32,000 bases of DNA from Sinorhizobium meliloti (GTDB taxonomy: Bacteria > Pseudomonadota > Alphaproteobacteria > Rhizobiales > Rhizobiaceae). Positions 25,798-32,000 of this stretch are shown here, piece by piece. The notes under the pieces are model-generated. The model was given only the letters and a program-made list of their open reading frames with translations, was not told the origin of the DNA and did no database searches. Position numbers and translations under genes: made by a program. The DNA lies in the NCBI RefSeq assembly GCF_017876815.1, contig NZ_JAGIOS010000002.1, forward strand, positions 1,380,001 to 1,412,000. Reading direction: 5' to 3'. Positions within the stretch are counted from its first letter, which is position 1, and every line of letters starts with the position of its first letter.

Positions 25798-26586
25798 ATG
25801 AATTCAGTGGCTCTTTCTTACAACAATACGGCGCTTCATGCTTTGGGCGCATCCTCTCCCGATGAGGCGACCAATGGAGCCCGTGACAACACGGTAGCCG
25901 GTTCGGCGCTGCTCCTGTTGGACAATCGGACGCTCGACAGAGAATGCCTGGCCGAATGCCTCGTTTTGCACGGCCTCGGCATCGAGGTCCTAGCCTTCGG
26001 ATCGGTTGGCGAATGGCGGAAGAACAAGGATCTTCATCCGCCCGTCGCGGCAATCCTCTTGAACATCGGAGGCAGAAAAGTCACCGATCCCAGCAATGCC
26101 TCAGAAATAACCGATCTCGTGACGGAGTTTGGCCCCACGCCGGTCGTGGTCCTGTCTGATTTGGACGAACTGGCACAAATCCTAAAGGCATTGGAGTGCG
26201 GCGTCAGGGGCTATATTCCATCATCGATCGGCTTCGATATCTGCGTGCAAGCAGTCAACCTGGCGCGAGCCGGTGGGACATTCGTCCCTGCGAGCAGTAT
26301 CCTCTCCACTCGACAGATCACGGTGGCTGCTGGGGAGGTGCCTCGGCCGCTAGGGGGGATGTTTACTCAGAGGCAGGAAGAAGTCATCCGGGCGCTAAGG
26401 CGCGGCAAGGCAAACAAGATCATTGCCTATGAGCTCAATCTGCGTGAGAGCACCGTAAAGGTCCATATCCGCAATATCATGCAAAAGCTGAAGGCGACGA
26501 ACAGGACCGAGGTGGCTTACAAGCTTGGCGATATGTTCCCCGCCGAGATTGGAGAGTTGGAGAAACCAGGACTGCCTCAACCGTGA
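25798..26586 (+). CDS. LuxR/FixJ-type HTH regulator with a pseudo-receiver domain (paralog 3)
   Basis: The HTH is FTQRQEEVIRALRRGKANKIIAYELNLRESTVKVHIRNIMQKLKATNRTEV. The receiver-like domain has LLLLDN and then AILLNIG (Asn at the acceptor position). By eye it is about 60 percent identical to paralog 2 over the receiver-like domain and HTH. Confidence 0.85.
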   Translation: MNSVALSYNNTALHALGASSPDEATNGARDNTVAGSALLLLDNRTLDRECLAECLVLHGLGIEVLAFGSVGEWRKNKDLHPPVAAILLNIGGRKVTDPSNASEITDLVTEFGPTPVVVLSDLDELAQILKALECGVRGYIPSSIGFDICVQAVNLARAGGTFVPASSILSTRQITVAAGEVPRPLGGMFTQRQEEVIRALRRGKANKIIAYELNLRESTVKVHIRNIMQKLKATNRTEVAYKLGDMFPAEIGELEKPGLPQP

Positions 26587-26934
26587 GCTTCTTGATCATT
26601 CCAGCAAATGACGGTGAGGGGGATTGTGCAGGTGAATTTCGCTCGTTTCGAGCCGGCGCAAGCACATGAGCCGGGCTCTCGATTCCGTAATCCTACAAGT
26701 TTTCCTATGAAGACGAGCGCGTTGATAGGCGCAACTGGTTCGGGAACATGATGCGCGTTGGTGGTTGGGGCTCCGCCGCGAAGGCGCCCCACGTTGACCC
26801 TGATGCCTGTGCTGCAGGCGCCCCGGCCAGGGACGTTCGATCTGGCCCCTGTCGCCCGTGGCTTAACTTCCCAGTCGCGCTTGACATAAGCTCAGCGACG
26901 ATCGTTCAAGGCGCTTCCTTCCCGACTGAATACC

Positions 26935-27777
26935 TTAGCTCAAGAGATCGCCTGCGCGTGCCGCCACGCGCACATAGACGTCCTCCAGGGGTGAACGTGG
27001 CGCGACGAGTTGATGCGTTGCAAGTCGCAAAAGCGCGTTCAGATGCTCCCTGCCGCCATAGCCAACGGTTTTGGCGAAGGGCTTCATCGAAGTGTGCTCA
27101 CCGACGGGGTAAAGCTGCGCGTACTCCGCGCCGTTCGTGAACTCCTCATAATTGGAGCCCTCGACACGGAAAGTCTCGACCGGGACACCCTCTGCTAAGA
27201 CCGCTTCATGGGTCGCGAGCACGATCTGATAGTATTCGAGCACATCCGAGTCGCCGGGCAGCGCCGGGTCAATCGACGTTCCGTTAACGAGATCACTCGG
27301 CCTGATAAAAACGCCGTCGATGTACAGTGCGTGACCGGAGGAAAGATAGAGGTCTTTGCGGGGCGTTTGCTCGTCAAGGGCGAAACGGCGGATGCGGATT
27401 GGCACCACGCTCTCGCTCCACGTGGATGACGCACGCCGGTAGACGTGGCGACCTATCCATTTGACCGGCAGCAATTCGCCGCGGACCGTCTTGACGAGAT
27501 CGCCTATTCGGAGGTCTTCGATCGCCGTCTCGCCCTTGGACGTGAGGATTGCCGTGCCGCGTAGCAGGCACAGTGGGCCGCCTTTGCCAATGCCGTCGCG
27601 ACCACGGCCAAGGCCTAGATCAATACCCCGCTTTCCGGCCTCCTTGGCGGCCGCTGATGACGTCACGGTAGCGGAGAACGCGGCGAAGGCGGCTAGTCTG
27701 GCTCCCGCCGCGGCCGCCAAGCCGATGAAATGTCTTCGCGCCGTATTCGTGGGTGAGCTTCCTTGACCGTCGGGCAT
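26935..27777 (-). CDS. Tat-signal Hint-domain protein (Hedgehog/intein-like, Hint_2 type), function unknown
   Basis: 280 aa. The twin-arginine motif TARRHFIGLAAAAG is followed by a hydrophobic region and SSAAA. A Gly/Lys/Arg-rich linker follows. The Hint N-terminal block is CLLRGTAILTSKGETAIEDLRIGDLVKT, and later blocks are PVKWIGRH, PIRIRRFAL, LYLSSGHALYIDG, VLATHEAVLAEGVPVETF. AGGAG lies 9 nt upstream of the ATG. Confidence 0.8.
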   Translation of the reverse strand: MPDGQGSSPTNTARRHFIGLAAAAGARLAAFAAFSATVTSSAAAKEAGKRGIDLGLGRGRDGIGKGGPLCLLRGTAILTSKGETAIEDLRIGDLVKTVRGELLPVKWIGRHVYRRASSTWSESVVPIRIRRFALDEQTPRKDLYLSSGHALYIDGVFIRPSDLVNGTSIDPALPGDSDVLEYYQIVLATHEAVLAEGVPVETFRVEGSNYEEFTNGAEYAQLYPVGEHTSMKPFAKTVGYGGREHLNALLRLATHQLVAPRSPLEDVYVRVAARAGDLLS

Positions 27778-28229
27778 ATCTCCATGCTCCTAATTCGAGG
27801 CGTCCCTTCCCTGATGCTATTCTATGCTCCCGGCGCTCTTGGCGAGAATACGCCAATTCGGCAACCGCAGAGCCAAAAAGGAGGATGGATGGTACTTTTG
27901 GAGGAGCCAAGGTTTACGGTCGCCGGTCACTGCAGTAAAAAGTCCTATCGCGGCCTTTTCTGCTGTCTCGAGGTTTCGTCCATGCGAGCCGAGTCCGTGT
28001 CAATGCAGAGATCCGGTACTTTTATCCACATGACAGCAATGTCCAGTGGTGACGTTTTTCCGACATCGGCCGTCAAGAGCGATGGCGTTTGAGCACGATG
28101 CGCGACCGCTGTGGCCGTTCATGGTGGCTCCACTCTGATGGCGAAATCAAAGTGCGTTAGAAGTGCCGTCCGAGCGAGCAATCCTCTCTTTGCACCAGTG
28201 CGGGCTTTTTGAGCGGGAGATGGTGCACC

Positions 28230-28810
28230 CGAACACATGCGGTTTTTCGAGCGCTATTTCATGGTGGTCGGTGCTACGGAGCGCAACTCACAATCAAGGG
28301 CAAGCGACGCCCTCGTACATCAATGCATCGCCTTCGGCATGTATCCGGTCTCTGTACGCGCAGGGTACGGCTCCTGTGGCTCTCGCTCGAGAGAAGGCGG
28401 AAGCGATTGGGCAGCTTGTTCGGGGCGAGGATCCGCGCGCCGGTCGCGTTTCAATCACGCCGAAGACGTTCAAGGATTGCATGGATGGTCTTCTGAACTG
28501 CCTGCTTCCGCACTGGCGGGAAAGGCCCAAGACAGCCGACAGGCTGCGCTCGCCCATACGGTCAGTGATCGACGACGCAATCGCTCACGAATGGGACACG
28601 GCTGGCAATCCGGCTTGCTGGAAGGGCCGCTTGGAGAAAGTGATCCTACGCCGTCAGAAACTTCAGCGCGGGCATCACGCTGCGCTCGCGTATCCGTATG
28701 AAAGATATAGAAGGCCGCTCGATGGCCGCCTTCTATTGGGAACCGCGGACGTTCCACCTCGCGATGATCGCCGGGACTGCTCCGACTTTAATACCGCCAC
28801 CTCGGTTCGC
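28230..28810 (+). pseudogene. Degraded P4-type tyrosine integrase, N-terminal half (frameshifted)
   Basis: Pieces lie in three frames. IKGKRRP, FGMYPVSV and TAPVALAREKAEAIGQLVRGEDPRA match the DUF4102-type arm-binding region (GKRR...LG.YP.VSLA.AR..A...L...G.DP). TFKDCMDG...HWRERPKTADRLRSPIRSVIDDAIAHEWDTAGNPACWKGRLEKVILRRQKLQRGHHAALAY matches the SAM-like core-binding region (...NPA.W.G.L...L....K....HHAALPY). Confidence 0.6.
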
Positions 28811-28979
28811 GCTTGACGTTGTGAAGCAACTCGGAAGCCGTGGCGAAATCGCCGAAGAGGCTGGTCAAACGCTTCTCCTCCTCTTGGGGCAGGCGTTGTC
28901 GTCGGCAAAAAACGTGTATATTCCATACCTTAGAAGAAATTTTCTTGGAAAATTTGTCGGCTTCAACTCGTTCTACCAT
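28788..28979 (-). CDS. Hypothetical small protein (63 aa) in an AT-rich spacer
   Basis: ATG 28979 is preceded by GGGAGGAG with a 4-nt spacer. Local GC is lower than the surroundings. No family was recognised, and the ORF overlaps integrase-remnant sequence on the other strand. Confidence 0.25.
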   Translation of the reverse strand: MVERVEADKFSKKISSKVWNIHVFCRRQRLPQEEEKRLTSLFGDFATASELLHNVKREPRWRY

Positions 28980-29329
28980 CTTGCTCCTCCCAAAGCGAAG
29001 GAGGGTAGACTATGATACTAAAGTCTAATTAAGCAAGAAATAAACTAAGTAATACTTATTGCCTGGCGCCCTCCTCCTCTCGCGACGGCGATCCTGCGGC
29101 CGGCACTTAGCAATGGTTGAGCTGGCCGCTTTTTTCCGATTCAACATGAGTGAGGGACCGCAAAAAAAAATGTGATGCCGCTCAGAGAGATACGCCGCCG
29201 GCTATCGAGGCTCGGGCCGCCGGAAGGTCGTTGTTTGCTTGCAGAGGGCACGTGTCGCGCGTCCACCCTTGAAGGTCGCGTCGCCATACCGCACGCTTTC
29301 GTCCACCGGGACTGATCCCGCGTCGACCG

Positions 29330-29575
29330 GAGCGGGCCCTCAGCGGCAACCTCGATGCTGCGCTCGGGGGCCACACCCGAAGCTTTTGGCACGGCGCTGC
29401 GTCACCGTTCGCTCGATATGCCACACAAGGACGCCAAGGTCGATGTAGCGATGCTTGCTGGACCAGATTGCTCAGCACAGGCCGGGAGAGCTGCCATGCG
29501 GCGCCAGCTCTTCGCCGATCATGCGGCGCGGCACCCTGGCGCCATGCCCGTCAGAACCTCTACCCGCCCGTAAGT
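29330..29575 (+). pseudogene. Possible C-terminal remnant of the same or another P4-type integrase
   Basis: Across frames I read GHTRSFWHGAAS (compare HGFRSxFRDWAAE), VDVAMLA (compare ...ALAH) and AMRRQLFADHAARH (compare RRxLMxxWAxY), then a stop at 29573. The similarity is short and is spliced across frames by eye. Confidence 0.3.
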
Positions 29576-29795
29576 TCACTCCTGGCTACGTCGCCAATTA
29601 CGAAACTAGCGACGTAAATTCTCACCACGGGCAGGCTGCTTCACCGGAAGTTACCCTGGCCGGCATCGCCATCCGTGCCGTTGATGATCCTGCGTGCGCT
29701 TACATAGTTAGCCTTGTCGCCGTCGATGTAGTAGGCGATTTTCTTGCCGGTAAACCATCCCTTTGGCGGCCAAGACAATTGCAGGATAGGGTCGG

Positions 29796-32000
29796 CTAGC
29801 GCAGGAGCTTTTTGAACAGGCTCTCCATCGGACTGTCCACCTCTTCACCGGGCATCTCAGTTCCGGCTCCCGGTTGCTCGGCGGTTGCAGGCTCCTCGTT
29901 CGCCGGCATTTCCACAGCCGCCTTGTCGGGATTGGGCGCTGGATCTCCCCCAATTATCTCCTCGATCGAGAGTTGCTGTTCTCCTTGTTGGGACGCCTTG
30001 TCTTTTAGTGCCTTGTCCAAGGTGCCGCCGAGCAGATCCTTGACCGAGGCGCCCGCACCGCCTCCGTTAAGGAGGTCGCCGATCGGCAACTTGTCGATCG
30101 GCAGTCCGAAATCCTTGAGCTTTGCCAATGCGGCATCGGGGTTCTTCAGCAAGTCCGAAAGGTCCGGATAGATGCGGGGTGCGGCGAAGCTGCCTTCGAC
30201 CACGACGGGGACGCCGATGCCATCGGTGGAGATCTCGGCGCCCTGGCCCTGGAGAGAAGCGACGAGCCGGGGCTCGAGCCGGAAGTTCAAAGTGCTCTGC
30301 GCGAGGTCTGCCGCGCCGTTCCCGATCATGCGGATCAGTGGACCGACAAGTTTAAGGTCTTCGGTGCGCGCGACGCCGCCCTCAATGGCAAAGGATGCCG
30401 CAAGCTCGGTGAATGTCGTCGCTTTGCTGCCGTCCTGCTTGAAGCCTGACGACATCAGGCTCACGAGATTATTGTAGACATCGGCGATGTCGATGCCGCG
30501 AATGGCACCATCGGAAAAGGCCACGTCCGCGGTGCCCTGCAGTGACTTCGCAAGCGTCCTGCTCGTGGCGCCCGCACCCGTTACGTCGAACCGGGCTTTC
30601 AATGCACCCTCGAGATATTTGAAGCCCGCCATGTCCGTCAAAAGCGGTGCGGCCGACGCTCCGGAGATGGAGGCCTGAAGGTCGATCGAGGGCTCGGCCT
30701 GGGAGCCGTCGGCCTTAAGGCTCGCGACGACATGGCCGCCATAGAAGGGGCTTTCGGGCAGCGTCAGGCTTGCGACGCCATCGGAGACGACGAGACTGGT
30801 GGCAACCGGTCCGGCAAAGACCTTGCCGTAGCCGAGTTTTTTGGCATTGAGCTGGACGGTTGCATCGATCGACCGAAGCGAAGAGAGATCCAGCGGAACG
30901 TCGGCGGGTTCCGCCCCCTTCGACGCCTTTGCCTGCGGAGCCGGGGATTGCGCCCCGGCAAGCCGCGCAAGGTCCAGTTCGTCGAAGTTCAGCGCGGTCT
31001 TGATCTTCAGCGGTGTCGTGAATTCGACGGAGCCGCTGCCCGCACCTTCGACGCCGTTGACGGATATGCTCGCCTTTTGAAAGGAAACACCCGTCGCGCC
31101 CGCATCGACATGCCCGTTGAACGCCAGCGGACCGATGCTCTCAGCACCGCTCTGCCCGAGGGCGGCAAGGAAAGCAGAAAGGTCGGCGGTGGAAAAACCG
31201 AGTTTTCCCGCATAGGTCCCCGACAGAGCAGCTTTGCCGTCGAGCGACAGGTTTGTGTCGGACATCTTCACCTGAAGCTTGAAGGGCATTCCCTCAGTGG
31301 AGAGATTGCCGGTGAGAATCGTATCGGCGGCGGGGATTTGCAGATCGACATCGACCGGTTTGTTGCGCCAGTCCAGGCGGCCGGCCACGCGCACCGGCTT
31401 CGCGAGGCTTTCAATCCGGGCCGTGATCTTCTTCGCCTTCACCTCGCGCATCGTCTCATCGGCAATGCCCGGCAGGGTATAGGCCGCATCGCGCAGGCCG
31501 ATCGTTCCCGTGAGATCGGCCGTCTTTCTGACGGCTTCCGCATCTAGGCCGCGAAAGGCGAAGCCGGCGTCGATCGTCAATGCTCCCGAAAGCGGGACGG
31601 TTTGGCCGGCGAGGGCTGAGAGCTTCGCGATGTTGAGCCCGGTGCTTGCGAGGCGGCCCCGGAAGACCGGGTCTTCGGCCGTGACGTCGGTCGCGACGCT
31701 CGCGGCAACGCTGCCAGCGTCGATCCCCAGATGCCCGAGCTTAGCCGTCAGTTTTCCGTCCTTGAGTGCGGCCGAAAAGGAAACGTCCGACGCTGAAATT
31801 TCGCTAAGGGTCAAAGCGGCCGCGTTGATGCTCATATCGGCGTCGAAGCCGGCCAGAAACTGCAAATTCGCCGGCTTGGCCGTGTCCGCGGCCGGCGCTC
31901 CCGACTGCGACGTTTGCGGCGTGGCATCCATGAACGGCGTCAGGTCGAGCCGGTCGGCTTCGAGGTCTACAAGAAAGCGCGCGCGCTCCCCGGGGACGAA
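29796..32000 (-). CDS. AsmA-family outer-membrane biogenesis protein (C-terminal 730+ aa; the gene continues past the right window edge)
   Basis: The frame is open to the window end; residues upstream of the track Met read ...RFLVDLEADRLDLTPF-MDA. The sequence is long, Ala/Gly/Leu/Asp-rich and low in hydrophobic segments, with repeated ...L.G.L.....G.. patterns typical of AsmA-like beta-rich repeats. The C-terminal tail is acidic and Pro-rich. Confidence 0.6.
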   Translation of the reverse strand, partial: FVPGERARFLVDLEADRLDLTPFMDATPQTSQSGAPAADTAKPANLQFLAGFDADMSINAAALTLSEISASDVSFSAALKDGKLTAKLGHLGIDAGSVAASVATDVTAEDPVFRGRLASTGLNIAKLSALAGQTVPLSGALTIDAGFAFRGLDAEAVRKTADLTGTIGLRDAAYTLPGIADETMREVKAKKITARIESLAKPVRVAGRLDWRNKPVDVDLQIPAADTILTGNLSTEGMPFKLQVKMSDTNLSLDGKAALSGTYAGKLGFSTADLSAFLAALGQSGAESIGPLAFNGHVDAGATGVSFQKASISVNGVEGAGSGSVEFTTPLKIKTALNFDELDLARLAGAQSPAPQAKASKGAEPADVPLDLSSLRSIDATVQLNAKKLGYGKVFAGPVATSLVVSDGVASLTLPESPFYGGHVVASLKADGSQAEPSIDLQASISGASAAPLLTDMAGFKYLEGALKARFDVTGAGATSRTLAKSLQGTADVAFSDGAIRGIDIADVYNNLVSLMSSGFKQDGSKATTFTELAASFAIEGGVARTEDLKLVGPLIRMIGNGAADLAQSTLNFRLEPRLVASLQGQGAEISTDGIGVPVVVEGSFAAPRIYPDLSDLLKNPDAALAKLKDFGLPIDKLPIGDLLNGGGAGASVKDLLGGTLDKALKDKASQQGEQQLSIEEIIGGDPAPNPDKAAVEMPANEEPATAEQPGAGTEMPGEEVDSPMESLFKKLLR

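Noticed and set aside
26706-26750. 14-codon ORF MKTSALIGATGSGT-stop, resembling the N-terminus of NAD(P)-binding (NmrA/SDR-like) proteins
   Set aside because: I found no continuation of the Rossmann-fold sequence in any frame downstream. A 7-residue resemblance is too short to call a gene remnant.
28121-28147. TGGTGGCTCCACTCTGATGGCGAAATC, which read on the minus strand ends ...GGAGCCACCA and resembles a tRNA 3' acceptor end next to the integrase remnant
   Set aside because: No matching 5' acceptor strand (GGCTCCA) was found. There is no T-loop consensus (GGTTCGAAT-like) and no cloverleaf in the preceding 90 nt. It could at most be an att-like fragment, which cannot be shown without a tRNA scan of the whole genome.
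1-32000. Search for CRISPR arrays, rRNA or tRNA genes, and long inverted repeats bounding a complete mobile element
   Set aside because: No regularly spaced direct repeats, no rRNA-like or cloverleaf-compatible sequence and no intact IS with both ends were seen by eye. The only repeats found are the 344-bp paralog block, the 19-bp duplication and the 7-bp duplication listed above.

Overview
GC-rich window that looks alphaproteobacterial (Rhizobiales-like); this is inferred from ExoP/ExoF/ExoY-type proteins and gene style, with no database search run. Positions 1-22600 are an accessory surface-polysaccharide locus (EPS, O-antigen or K-antigen type). It holds two tandem right-handed beta-helix (candidate glycanase) paralogs and a split chain-length-determinant plus BY-kinase-like ATPase pair. 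It also holds an ExoY-type priming sugar transferase and a 736-aa exported multidomain protein with a deacetylase-like domain. A translationally coupled plus-strand operon encodes two amino-sugar modules: LbH acetyltransferase / Gfo-Idh-MocA oxidoreductase / DegT aminotransferase, then LbH acyltransferase / SDR / DegT aminotransferase. A convergent minus-strand operon encodes an ExoF-like export protein, rfbA-rfbC-rfbB-rfbD and a Wzx-type flippase. The locus is visibly eroding. I see a multiply frameshifted GT2 pseudogene, a roughly 30-codon wecB-like stub, and a GT4 N-terminal stub cut by a truncated IS3-family transposase remnant. Positions 22600-26600 carry three tandem paralogous LuxR-HTH regulators with unorthodox receiver-like domains and no kinase in view. 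A perfect 22-bp palindrome lies in the divergent promoter region. Positions 26900-29600 carry a Tat-signal Hint-domain protein of unknown function, then degraded P4-type integrase remnants around an AT-rich spacer, which suggests an old island scar. A partial AsmA-family gene closes the window. No rRNA, tRNA or CRISPR array was recognised. All homology calls come from reading motifs in the translations; no searches were run.
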